Below are positions 20,037 through 29,473 of a DNA stretch of 64,000 nt, one piece after another. Source of the stretch: an uncultured Candidatus Babeliaceae bacterium. GTDB taxonomy: Bacteria; Babelota; Babeliae; Babelales; Babelaceae. Location: positions 768,001-832,000 of the forward strand of contig OY969927.1 of NCBI GenBank assembly GCA_963704655.1, in the 5' to 3' direction. The notes under the pieces are model-generated. The model was not told where the DNA came from. It made no database searches and was given only the letters and a program-made list of their open reading frames with translations. The position numbers and the translations under genes are program-made. Position 1 is the stretch's first letter. Each line of letters begins with the position of its first letter.

Positions 20037-21344
20037 TCAAATATGCTGGATAATATCGCGCTGAGGGACTTTAACCTCAATACCTGTGGTCATATTTTTA
20101 ATAGTTGCCATGCCAGAGGCCTGTTCATCGGCCCCAATAAGAATAGCCCATTTTGCGCCCATTTTATCAGCAGCTTTAAACATACTTTTAATAGATGATT
20201 TATCTAAAATAATATCGGCACAGATATGTTCGGCATGAAGCATTTGCACAATCTGCAACCCTAAATTTCTTTGTTCAGCTGTTAAGGGAATAATAACTGT
20301 AAGCGCCGGTTGAGTATCATGACCAACTAAACTTTTTTGCGATTCAAGCAACAACTGTAACCGTTCAAGGCCAACAGCGGCACCGATAGACGGGTAGTCA
20401 TGTTTAGCCCCAATTTGCGTTGCAAGCGAATCATAACGGCCACCGCCACAGAAGGTGTTTTGCGCGCCCAAGCCATCAGAAGAAACAGAAACAAACTCAA
20501 AGACCGTTTTATTGTAATAGTCTAATCCGCGAACCAACGTCGGCTTAACAGAATAGGTTATAGAAAGTTCTTCAAGAATATTTTTTAGCTGTTGCCATTC
20601 AAGTGCAGATTCTTGTGCCATGGTATCAATAATAGTAGGCGCTGTTGCAAAGAGTTTGTGGCAGCTTTCCTGCTTGCAATCAAAAACACGCATAATATTA
20701 GTGTTCATGCGATGCTTACACAAATCACATAATTCTGTAATATGCTTTTCAAGAAACTTTTTAAGAACTTTTTGATATGCTGCACGGTCTTCACGCGTGC
20801 CAAGGTAATTGATTAAAAGAGCATAACCTTCAATTTTTAAAACATTCATAAAAAGGGCATCGAGCATCGCGATAAAAAGGGCATCCTGCAAAATTGAATC
20901 AGAGCCGATTATCTCCATGCTCATTTGATGAAACTGGCGATAGCGCCCTTTTTGTGGGCGTTCATGCCTAAATGCGGGCCCAACAGAAAAAACTTTCCAT
21001 GGCGTATCTTGAATGCCGGCATTAATAAATGCGCGCATAATACTTGCAGTAAGTTCGGGGCGAAGACACATTTTATCTGAATCGGCGCTAGCTGAATCGC
21101 CCCCCCGCTCATCCTGAGCTTGTCGAAGGGTTAGCGCAACGTCTGAAAGTACCCGATACATCTCCTTGCTGACAACGTCAGTTTCAAGGCCCAATGACCG
21201 CTTAAAAAGTTCAAGTGGCTCGATTAAGGGAGTGGATATTTCATGAAAATTATAATCCAAAAGATGTTTTTTTGCCTTTTGGATTATCCAATTATATAAA
21301 GAAAGATCAAGAAAATCTTGTGTACCCTTAATACGCGTAATCAT
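20037..21344 (-). CDS. hisS: Histidine--tRNA ligase with a repeat-derived insertion
   Basis: KGTQD, KEMY, LRPELTA, FRHERPQKGRYRQFHQ, LVRGLDYY, GGGRYD, GLERL, anticodon domain. Confidence 0.97.
   Translation of the reverse strand: MITRIKGTQDFLDLSLYNWIIQKAKKHLLDYNFHEISTPLIEPLELFKRSLGLETDVVSKEMYRVLSDVALTLRQAQDERGGDSASADSDKMCLRPELTASIMRAFINAGIQDTPWKVFSVGPAFRHERPQKGRYRQFHQMSMEIIGSDSILQDALFIAMLDALFMNVLKIEGYALLINYLGTREDRAAYQKVLKKFLEKHITELCDLCKHRMNTNIMRVFDCKQESCHKLFATAPTIIDTMAQESALEWQQLKNILEELSITYSVKPTLVRGLDYYNKTVFEFVSVSSDGLGAQNTFCGGGRYDSLATQIGAKHDYPSIGAAVGLERLQLLLESQKSLVGHDTQPALTVIIPLTAEQRNLGLQIVQMLHAEHICADIILDKSSIKSMFKAADKMGAKWAILIGADEQASGMATIKNMTTGIEVKVPQRDIIQHI
21104..21136 (-). repeat. Palindromic repeat unit inserted in-frame in hisS
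   Basis: Reverse complement CGCTAACCCTTCGACAAGCTCAGGATGAGCGGG is identical over 33 nt to 15928-15960 in valS. Confidence 0.92.
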
Positions 21345-21426
21345 GAACGGCCCTTGGTAAAAAATAATTTTTTAATAATTCTAGTATAGCATACTTAAGT
21401 AGTGCGCAAAAACGCACCAACTATTC

Positions 21427-21456
21427 TTGACTTTATCCAGGTAGACATAGTAGAAC
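21427..21456 (+). promoter_or_regulatory. Sigma70-like promoter for the 21496 cassette
   Basis: TTGACT-N18-TAGAAC; RBS AAGGAG before the ATG. Confidence 0.45.
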
Positions 21457-21495
21457 TGTTACCATACCCTATTAACCCATTCAAAAAGGAGAAGT

Positions 21496-23088
21496 ATGAA
21501 TTTCAAACAGTTAGGTTCTATAAGCCTACTTGCACTGACGGCGACCAGCAATATTTCAAGCTGGTATCAAGCAGTTTCAAGTAAAACTTATTATAGTAAT
21601 ATTCAATTGTGGGAAATTGGTAAACCAACCAAAGAAATATTCTTTAATACCGAACGCATGCAAGAACGTGAAGACGGCTGGTGCGGTGGATTTGAAATCG
21701 CAGGATATGGCGGTCAATCAACCAACTCAAGCAAACTTAATTCATACTTCATGCCTTATGGTAAATGTTCTTTAAATGTCATTGAAGGTATTCCATTAGG
21801 AACATCTCCTTGGGTTAACCCAGCAGATGGCACCACCAACCGCGATATCGAAGCACGTAACTTTAACATCGAAACAGTTAACGGCGCAAATGGGGAAGAT
21901 GGACAACAGTACATGGGTACCATCACCTTTAACCCTAAACAAACCATTGCCGGTGTCGGCTTCTGCTTTAGACAATCATTCTGGAAGGACCACCGCGGCG
22001 TACCAACAATCTGGGGCGAAATTTCATTCCCGGTTCAGTATGTAAAAAACGAAATGAACCTGTGTGAAAATGTCACCCAAACAGGCGGCGGCGCATCAGA
22101 CACTGTCGGTCTTGATAACTCACTTCACGTGGGCACCATGCAGGCTGCATTTGCACAAACAAACTGGCTCTATGGCAAAGTCGACAATAGCAAAGATCTC
22201 AGCACATGGGGCGTTGCAGATGTTGAATTACGCGTAGGCTATAACTCTATCAACACAGACTGCTGCGATTTGAATGCCTATCTTGGTGTGGTAATTCCAA
22301 GCGGAACAAAAATCGACCAATGCAATGCTGCATATATGTTTAACTCGGTAATTGGTAATAACCACCACGTTGGTATCTTATACGGTACACACTTTGGTTA
22401 TGAACTGTATGGCAAAGGCGATCATATGCTCCGCATGGAACTTGATATGTCAAGCAAATACCTTTTCTCTAACCACCAATGGCGTTCATTTGATTTAGTT
22501 GGTCAAGAATGGAGCCGTTACCTTGAAGTGTACACAGATGTAAACCAAGCAACTGCTGCTGATTCTGCAGTTCCACCACTTACTGTTAATAGTGGTACAT
22601 CTGGTATCAACGTCTTTACTCGCCGCTTACGTGTTTCACCACGTTTTGCAACCAATATCAATACCGCACTTAACTATTCATACAGATCAGTCGATTTTGA
22701 ATTTGGTTACAACTTATTCACCCGTCAAGCAGAAAAAGTTGAGTTCCCACGCAACTGTTGTGTCGATTTCCCACTTACTGTAGCGGTAAAAGATATTAAT
22801 GGTACTGGTGGCACAAATATTGCACGTACTATTAAAAATGATTTTGGCGGATCAGTTACAACTCTTGCAAACTATGCACAAAACGTTATTCAATTACCTG
22901 AATTGAATCTTGATTCTGCTGCGCACCCTGCATTAATCACCAACACTATTTATGGTGGCGTTGATTACAATACAGAATGCTGGACGGTCCCAATGTTCTT
23001 TGGTGTTGCTGGCATGTACGAATTTTGTAGCATGAACAGCTCGATTGACCGTTGGAACGTGTTAGGCAAATTCGGCATTACTTATTAA
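21496..23088 (+). CDS. Outer-membrane beta-barrel-like protein, paralog family member 1
   Basis: Signal peptide, amphipathic strands, C-terminal GKFGITY; shares EARNFNI, NWLYGKVDN, GNNHH, WRSFDL, WSRYLEVY with 29474 and 31076. Confidence 0.75.
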   Translation: MNFKQLGSISLLALTATSNISSWYQAVSSKTYYSNIQLWEIGKPTKEIFFNTERMQEREDGWCGGFEIAGYGGQSTNSSKLNSYFMPYGKCSLNVIEGIPLGTSPWVNPADGTTNRDIEARNFNIETVNGANGEDGQQYMGTITFNPKQTIAGVGFCFRQSFWKDHRGVPTIWGEISFPVQYVKNEMNLCENVTQTGGGASDTVGLDNSLHVGTMQAAFAQTNWLYGKVDNSKDLSTWGVADVELRVGYNSINTDCCDLNAYLGVVIPSGTKIDQCNAAYMFNSVIGNNHHVGILYGTHFGYELYGKGDHMLRMELDMSSKYLFSNHQWRSFDLVGQEWSRYLEVYTDVNQATAADSAVPPLTVNSGTSGINVFTRRLRVSPRFATNINTALNYSYRSVDFEFGYNLFTRQAEKVEFPRNCCVDFPLTVAVKDINGTGGTNIARTIKNDFGGSVTTLANYAQNVIQLPELNLDSAAHPALITNTIYGGVDYNTECWTVPMFFGVAGMYEFCSMNSSIDRWNVLGKFGITY

Positions 23089-23120
23089 TGAGTATTTTTA
23101 AAATACAAAGGAATTAATTT

Positions 23121-24974
23121 ATGAAATCGATAAAAAGTTTATTAACCTTGTGGTGCTGCTTAATTGCAGCACCATTTGCACTCGATGCAAAGGTTCTGAC
23201 TACAGCGCAAGCTCAGGCAAACCTTGATACCGCAATTGCGGCATTTAAAAAAGATCAAACAAACCCAGCGCTTGCACAACAAGTACTTAACAGTTACGCA
23301 CCTATTCAAGGCGCTCAAATAAAAGCTAATGCTGATGCAAAACTTAAAAAAGAGCTGGGCAAAACTATTAAACAAGTAGAGCAAATAGTCACAGGAGCAA
23401 AAGCTGCTGAGATTAAAAAATCTACACCTGGAATAAGCACCTCTGATGCCGCAGCTGAAGCTGAGGTACAAGAAATTATGGTACTAGCAAAAAACCTTCT
23501 TGATAACTATGATGATCAAGGAATAAATTCTGCAACTTTAAATGATATTAATGAATATTATGCTGCATTAACCGAACTCAGCAAACGAATTGATGGCTCT
23601 CCTTACAAAGCTAAGCTTGCAGAAACTCAAAATAAACTTAATGCACAACTTTCTAAGGTAACAATAAGAATAGCAACACTTTCAGTGCCTGCGCCTACAG
23701 CAGCGCCTGCAATACCTGCAGGAGCGCCAGTAGCACCTCCAGCAGCACCTGCAGCAATACCCGCAGCACCTCCTGCACCTCCAGTACCAGCAGCAGCAGC
23801 TCCAGGAAAAGGCAAGTCTGATTATCAAATTGAACTTGCAAGAATAAAACCATTAGTTAAGGCTGCATATGATAAAGCTCTAGATGTAATCAAAAAATAT
23901 GAAACGGCTAACGCCTCCAACTTTAATCAAGGCTTAGGCTCAGTTTCAACTACACGATGGGCAACTCAGCTTGAAAAAGAAAATGCATTACAACTTATTG
24001 CTGAAGTCAAAAAACTTATCTCAGAAATAACTGCATTAGTTAATAAAGTTGACACGAAGTTCAACGGAAACTTATACGATATGATGCATACTAGCGATAT
24101 TTACATTGACTGCATCGTAAAAGCTGATAGAGACAAAGAAGCTGAGCAATGGAAAGAACAAAAAGCTGATTTACTCAGCTTTATTGCTAGGTACAATTCA
24201 GATGTTGCTGGAGTTGAAAAACTGGAAACCGCAATAAATGCATATACACCAAAAGGTACCATTCAGCGTCCTGAGATAATTAGCAAATACACCGAGCCAG
24301 CTCTTAAAAAAGTAGAAGATATAAACTCGTTATACAACCAAGTTTCCAAACTTAATTTTGTTACAAAATACTCAGTTACCGCATATGCTTCAAAAGACCA
24401 AACAGAAGAGGCTCTGAAAAAAATAGCGCAGATACGTAAGCTCAATGATGAAATACCTGTAATATTAGAACCTCTAGACAAAGCTAATGCTCATAAACCA
24501 TTTAATCAATTCTTAACAGGTGATTACTTCCGTAGTCTTATCACGGCAGATGAAAATCTACGTCCTGATGAATATAAACAACAAGAAAAAGAGCTCCAAG
24601 ATAAACTAAACACCTACGAAAAAGCAATGAAAGCACTTGATGGTTTAGAGAAAGATGCTAACCAACGCTTGCAAAATATTGCTGCTGATGAAGCTGCCAA
24701 AAAAGGCGCTCCAGTAGCACCCCCAGCACCTCCAGTAGCAACAGCACCAGCAGCGGGCAAAGTTACCGTTAAAGGCATTGAGGTCAGTGATGAAATGTTC
24801 AAAAGCGATGATGCTGCAGAAGTTTCACGTAAATTAGGTGAGCTAGCTGATGAAGATATAAAAGCGCATAAAGGACAAATTATAAAAGCACTAACCGATA
24901 AAATTAGCGCAACAAGTGACCAAGTTCAAAAAGAACTCATTCAGAAAGAATTAGCTGAAATTGAAAAAATATAG
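23121..24974 (+). CDS. Secreted Pro/Ala-rich helical protein with internal duplication
   Basis: Signal peptide (LDA); GAPVAPPA(A/P)P tracts; two diverged ~140-aa helical repeats. Confidence 0.75.
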   Translation: MKSIKSLLTLWCCLIAAPFALDAKVLTTAQAQANLDTAIAAFKKDQTNPALAQQVLNSYAPIQGAQIKANADAKLKKELGKTIKQVEQIVTGAKAAEIKKSTPGISTSDAAAEAEVQEIMVLAKNLLDNYDDQGINSATLNDINEYYAALTELSKRIDGSPYKAKLAETQNKLNAQLSKVTIRIATLSVPAPTAAPAIPAGAPVAPPAAPAAIPAAPPAPPVPAAAAPGKGKSDYQIELARIKPLVKAAYDKALDVIKKYETANASNFNQGLGSVSTTRWATQLEKENALQLIAEVKKLISEITALVNKVDTKFNGNLYDMMHTSDIYIDCIVKADRDKEAEQWKEQKADLLSFIARYNSDVAGVEKLETAINAYTPKGTIQRPEIISKYTEPALKKVEDINSLYNQVSKLNFVTKYSVTAYASKDQTEEALKKIAQIRKLNDEIPVILEPLDKANAHKPFNQFLTGDYFRSLITADENLRPDEYKQQEKELQDKLNTYEKAMKALDGLEKDANQRLQNIAADEAAKKGAPVAPPAPPVATAPAAGKVTVKGIEVSDEMFKSDDAAEVSRKLGELADEDIKAHKGQIIKALTDKISATSDQVQKELIQKELAEIEKI

Positions 24975-24999
24975 ATTCCAGTGACTTAAGGAAAAAAAA

Positions 25000-25443
25000 A
25001 TGAACTATAAATTATTTTTTTTATGCTTCCTCTTTTTCAGAGCATACTCAGATTATACCGCTCTTCAGCTTTTCTTGCTTGCAACAAATCCTAATGATGC
25101 TGCTGCAATTTATGCAAATATTAAACCTGAAGAGCTCAGCAAAAGTCGCCCTGGGAAATCGAAAGCGGCTACTCCCGAAGTTCAGGCAGCTATTCAAAAA
25201 AAACCTGCTGGCGGCGGCGCTGCTCCGGCTGATTGCTTAACAAAAGAAGATCTTAAAGCCATTGAAGCAAAATATGGCACGCTGCCTACTAATGTTAACA
25301 CTCCTGCTTTAGCAAAAGCTGCATTAGTTGAAATCGCCAAACCAGGAAATACGCTTGGCCAATTATTAGGAGAAATCTGCCAAAATTCAAAAGACGCAGA
25401 TGATGTTAGAGAGGCAATAGGTAAAATTACACCCAAGGCGTAA
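25000..25443 (+). CDS. Small secreted Ala-rich hypothetical protein
   Basis: RBS AAGGA; signal peptide MNYKLFFLCFLFFRAYS. Confidence 0.7.
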   Translation: MNYKLFFLCFLFFRAYSDYTALQLFLLATNPNDAAAIYANIKPEELSKSRPGKSKAATPEVQAAIQKKPAGGGAAPADCLTKEDLKAIEAKYGTLPTNVNTPALAKAALVEIAKPGNTLGQLLGEICQNSKDADDVREAIGKITPKA

Positions 25444-25458
25444 ACAACAATTTTAACC

Positions 25459-25493
25459 GGCGAGGGCTCAGGCAACTGGGCTCTCGCCTTTTT
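25459..25493 (+). terminator. Rho-independent terminator
   Basis: GGCGAGGGCTCAG-GCAA-CTGGGCTCTCGCC-TTTTT. Confidence 0.85.
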
Positions 25494-25524
25494 GTAGAAA
25501 AATTTATACATAAGGGGAAAAGAG

Positions 25525-26382
25525 ATGTTAAAAGAGTTTATGGCGCTGAGTCTTTTTACTCATGGGATATTAGAACAGTTAAGATTAGAAAAGTTAAAGA
25601 CACCTGCAGCGGTTCCTACAACAACAGCATCAGCAGTTGTTTCTGTAGAGTCCATCAAGCAAAAAATTAATGCGGGGCAAATCTTAAATAGTGATGAAAT
25701 TTATGATTTATTAGATTTCATTGATGAAGCGGGAAAATCACGACAAGAATTGGTAGAAAATCTTAGCATATTGGAAAAGCTTGAAGCACTTCTTCTTAAA
25801 AACAAGATTGACACCTATAATAAATCAATAACTGGAATTAAAAATGGTATACGTGCTGATATGCAAATTCTTGAAAGAAAAGAAGGCCTACAAGGCTTAG
25901 CCAAAAAGCCCGTTAGCGAGCCTCTGACAAAAGAGGAAATAGAAAAAGAGCTGAGCTCGATGAAGCCAGAAGAGCGTGCTGCATTATTAAAAGAACTTGG
26001 TATATCAGAAGAAGAAGCTAGTGCAACAAAAGTTCAACCTGCACCTGGACTAGAAGAACTTTTAAAACCTGCGCAAGCCACACCAGGCGTTGTAACTCGC
26101 ACACAGCCACAACAAAAAATCGATCTATCAACTAAAACCGATGCTGATTTACGTAAAATCCAAAATGATCTGTTAGATGGCCTTAAAGGGCAAGACAAAG
26201 ACGCATTTATTGAAAATAATCGTGAAATGGCAATAGCTTTGCGTAAAGTATATTCAGAAAAGGCAAAAAAAGTTAAAGAGGCGTTAAAAACTTCTGAGGG
26301 AGAAAAGCAAATAAAGCTTACAGTTCAGAAAAATAAATTGGAAGAAACAATACGCGATATAAGTCAAGGCTTCAAATTATAA
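25525..26382 (+). CDS. Helical hypothetical protein
   Basis: RBS AAGGGG; K/E-rich; PGVVTRTQP motif shared with 26728. Confidence 0.7.
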   Translation: MLKEFMALSLFTHGILEQLRLEKLKTPAAVPTTTASAVVSVESIKQKINAGQILNSDEIYDLLDFIDEAGKSRQELVENLSILEKLEALLLKNKIDTYNKSITGIKNGIRADMQILERKEGLQGLAKKPVSEPLTKEEIEKELSSMKPEERAALLKELGISEEEASATKVQPAPGLEELLKPAQATPGVVTRTQPQQKIDLSTKTDADLRKIQNDLLDGLKGQDKDAFIENNREMAIALRKVYSEKAKKVKEALKTSEGEKQIKLTVQKNKLEETIRDISQGFKL

Positions 26383-26405
26383 TATAACGTGCCTTTAATT
26401 ACTCA

Positions 26406-26596
26406 ATCCTTCGATACATTTTGCTTGCGCAAAACACTCAGGATGCACGGATTAAAGGCCCGCTCACCCAGAGTACTTCGATGCAGTTCATCCTGAGTAA
26501 AATAGTGCGTAAACGCACCAATCGAAGGGCTCAGTATAAACTTCGTCGAGTCGCCTGTCAGCCGCCGCTCATCCTGAGCCTGTCGAAGGGTTGCGC
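26406..26596. repeat. Intergenic array of nested palindromic repeat units (same family as the valS/hisS inserts)
   Basis: ATCCTTCGAT...ACTCAGGATG; nested CTTCG..ATCCTGAG..ATCGAAGGG..CTCAG; CCGCTCATCCTGAGCCTGTCGAAGGGTTGCG at 26565-26595. Confidence 0.85.
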
Positions 26597-26727
26597 AGGC
26601 TGGAAAGGGTTGGGGATATATTGGTATTATAAGTATAAATTAGGGAGTTTTGACTAGAGGGCCATTCAGTTTCTTTAAAAGCTAGTAAAAAGTGTAACCA
26701 TATGTTCTAAAAAAAAAGGAAGAATTT

Positions 26728-28230
26728 ATGAAAAATTCAATAAAATTTATGCTGATTTTCTCATCTTTAACCGCGGCATCAGCACTTGTTGCATTGCAGC
26801 CAGCGGATGTTTTGAGCCAAGCAAGAGCATTTACAAAAGAGTACACCAAGGTGCAAAAAACCAGCGAAGTAGATCTAATTAATAAATTCACAAATGAAAA
26901 CAGGGCTCGGGCAAAAGAGCATTTCGACAAGCTGTTTTCGCTTAATCCAAACCAACTAGATCAACAACAAGCCGAACTTAAAGAGAACCTGATACAATTT
27001 TTTATTCAAAATTTCAGTTTTACTAATCCAAGGAATATAGTAGAAGGATTCATAAAAGAAGGTAAAGATTTTAATGAAAAAAACTTTGAAAAGCAAACAA
27101 ATTTGACTGCCCCAGAACTACTTCCAAAAGAAGCTCAAATCCGCAAAGAGCGGTTAGAAGAAGCTTCTGACTATTTTTCTAAGTTTGATCGCGCAACTCA
27201 ACAAACGTTGCTGAATGATTTTCAGCTAGCAACAGCAAATATGAAGAGATCCATAGATATTATCAATCAAAAAATTGGCGGGCAATCAAAACCAGCAGCT
27301 TCTGCTACGCAAACAATTTCGAACCTGCCACCATTGTCAGAATTCCCAACATCTGAACAATTGACTGAAGCCAGTTACGCATTAACCGACCTTAGGAATT
27401 TCTATGCAGGTATTGGACATGGGGACGCTCTTGATTTCTATAACCGAATAGAACGGCTTAATCCGCAGGTCATGAATAATGATAAAAAAACAAGAATACT
27501 CCAGTATATTAATTTTGATTATAATTTACAGAAGGCCATAGGGGCACCGCAACAGCAAGATTATGCCTCGTATTCACCAGAAGATAAGAAGCTTTTACTG
27601 AAATTTGAAAGCATTGATAATGCATTTAACCACAATAGATATAATCAGGAAAAAGCCATACCTACATTACTAACAGGAAAAGATCTATCAACTTTAGATT
27701 CTTACATCAATGGAAATAACGACCTTATCAAAAGAGCGAAAGAATCAAAAGCAAAAATAAAAAATAGCAAGATAACCCTGCCAGACAATATCTCTAAAGA
27801 TGGATATTTTGATGCTGTTATAAATTATTACACTGAGAATAATAAGAAATTAGAACAGAAAAAAGCCCAATTAACTTCTTTACCGGCTTCTTGGCAAGCC
27901 CCAAAAGGTGTTGTTACCCGTGCACAGATACCAACTACCCCAGGTAGCAAAGCAGACTTAGAAATCGCTGTTCAGGAATATTCAAAGAATGCAAAAGAAT
28001 TAGCGACAAAGGCTAAAAACGCAAGTAACTTAGATGTGAACACCCTTCAGCAACTTATACAAGAAGGTAATGCTCAAGTAAAAAATGGTGTTGATTTATA
28101 CAAAAAAGCAAGAGATTCTGCAAAAGCAGAACTTAAAAATACCGTTATGACAGCCAGCAGTAGTTTAAGCAACTCAGTAAATTCACTTAAAACTTCTCTT
28201 AAAATTGTGCAATTACCGAAATTTGATTAA
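26728..28230 (+). CDS. Secreted helical hypothetical protein
   Basis: Signal peptide (LVA); N/K/Q-rich; PKGVVTRAQIP motif. Confidence 0.72.
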   Translation: MKNSIKFMLIFSSLTAASALVALQPADVLSQARAFTKEYTKVQKTSEVDLINKFTNENRARAKEHFDKLFSLNPNQLDQQQAELKENLIQFFIQNFSFTNPRNIVEGFIKEGKDFNEKNFEKQTNLTAPELLPKEAQIRKERLEEASDYFSKFDRATQQTLLNDFQLATANMKRSIDIINQKIGGQSKPAASATQTISNLPPLSEFPTSEQLTEASYALTDLRNFYAGIGHGDALDFYNRIERLNPQVMNNDKKTRILQYINFDYNLQKAIGAPQQQDYASYSPEDKKLLLKFESIDNAFNHNRYNQEKAIPTLLTGKDLSTLDSYINGNNDLIKRAKESKAKIKNSKITLPDNISKDGYFDAVINYYTENNKKLEQKKAQLTSLPASWQAPKGVVTRAQIPTTPGSKADLEIAVQEYSKNAKELATKAKNASNLDVNTLQQLIQEGNAQVKNGVDLYKKARDSAKAELKNTVMTASSSLSNSVNSLKTSLKIVQLPKFD

Positions 28231-28258
28231 AAAATCATACCCACAATTTAAAACCAAT

Positions 28259-28287
28259 GGGCTCGAGGATAACTCGGGCCCTTTTTT
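28259..28287 (+). terminator. Rho-independent terminator
   Basis: GGGCTCGAG-GATAA-CTCGGGCCC-TTTTTT. Confidence 0.85.
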
Positions 28288-28367
28288 AATACTTATTTTT
28301 AACGTACCCACACCCGATTCTCAGTAAGCACTTGTTTTTTATGTAAAGTCATTCTAAACTTCCGCTT

Positions 28368-29399
28368 ATGAAGCACACTATACTCGTTACCGGTGGCGCA
28401 GGGTACATCGGCTCACACACTGTCCAAGAGCTTATTGATCATAACTACCACGTAGTTGTAATTGATAGAACATGCTCTTTTGAAATTAATCACCCGAATA
28501 TCACCTATTTTCAATGCGATATAGCCGATACTCAAGCGGTAAAAACAATTTTAAATCATTACACCATTGATGCGGTTGTCCACTGTGCTGCATCAATAGA
28601 AGTCGGCGCCTCAGTAGTAAACCCTGCAGAATATTATGAGAATAATGTTATAAAAACTTTGATGCTACTCGATACGTTGCGTAAACAAGATATAAACAAA
28701 ATTGTCTTTTCTTCAAGCGCTGCGGTATATGGCATTCCACAACAGCTGCCTCTTAAAGAAACACACTCCTGCAACCCCATAAACCCCTATGGCAGAACAA
28801 AATATATTATTGAGCAGATATTAAGCGATTATCAAAAAGCGTACAATTTAGAATACGTAGCGTTGCGTTATTTTAATGCGGCCGGCGCTTGGCCAGAATA
28901 TAATCTGGGTGAACGGCATGAACCAGAAACACATCTTATCCCGCGCATTTTACAAGCAGTTTTAGATAATAAAAAATTCACACTTTTTGGCAATGACTAC
29001 GAAACTCCTGATGGCACGTGTGTACGTGATTATGTGCATGTACGCGATATTGCACAAGCACATAGACTCGCGTTGGAATTTTTATTTAATAAACATAAAA
29101 GCGCAATTATCAATTTAGGAACAGCTCGTGGATTTTCAATTCAAGAAATTATCACCAGTGTCGAACAGGTTACTAAAAAAAAGATCGCCATAAAACATAT
29201 GCCACGCAGAGCGGGTGACCCTGCTTATCTTATTGCCGACAATGGCTTGGCGCATGAACTTTTAGATTGGCGACCATTACATAGTGATATCACCAGCATT
29301 ATTGCCAGCGCATATGAATTTTATATACAAAAATCTCATAAAATAGTTAATATACGGCCGTACAATGCGTCCGCTAACCCTTGCGTAGGCTCAGGATGA
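28368..29399 (+). CDS. galE: UDP-glucose 4-epimerase
   Basis: GGAGYIGSH, FSSSAAVYG, PYGRTK (YxxxK), LRYFNAAGA, DGTCVRDYVHV. Confidence 0.96.
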   Translation: MKHTILVTGGAGYIGSHTVQELIDHNYHVVVIDRTCSFEINHPNITYFQCDIADTQAVKTILNHYTIDAVVHCAASIEVGASVVNPAEYYENNVIKTLMLLDTLRKQDINKIVFSSSAAVYGIPQQLPLKETHSCNPINPYGRTKYIIEQILSDYQKAYNLEYVALRYFNAAGAWPEYNLGERHEPETHLIPRILQAVLDNKKFTLFGNDYETPDGTCVRDYVHVRDIAQAHRLALEFLFNKHKSAIINLGTARGFSIQEIITSVEQVTKKKIAIKHMPRRAGDPAYLIADNGLAHELLDWRPLHSDITSIIASAYEFYIQKSHKIVNIRPYNASANPCVGSG

Positions 29400-29440
29400 G
29401 CGAGCGTTTACTGCTGAGTCGAAGCATCAGGGTGCACGGG
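29371..29440 (+). repeat. Degenerate composite palindromic repeat overlapping the galE stop codon
   Basis: CCGCTAACCCTTGCGTAGGCTCAGGATGAGCG followed by TGCTGAGTCGAAGCATCAGGGTG; same unit order as the valS insert. Confidence 0.8.
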
Positions 29441-29473
29441 TGTATAACCAGCATCAAATCAATTTAGGGTAAC

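Noticed and set aside
26421-26657. 78-aa ORF containing PLILSLSKG
   Set aside because: It is a translation of the palindromic repeat array, with a TTG start and no RBS; probably not a gene
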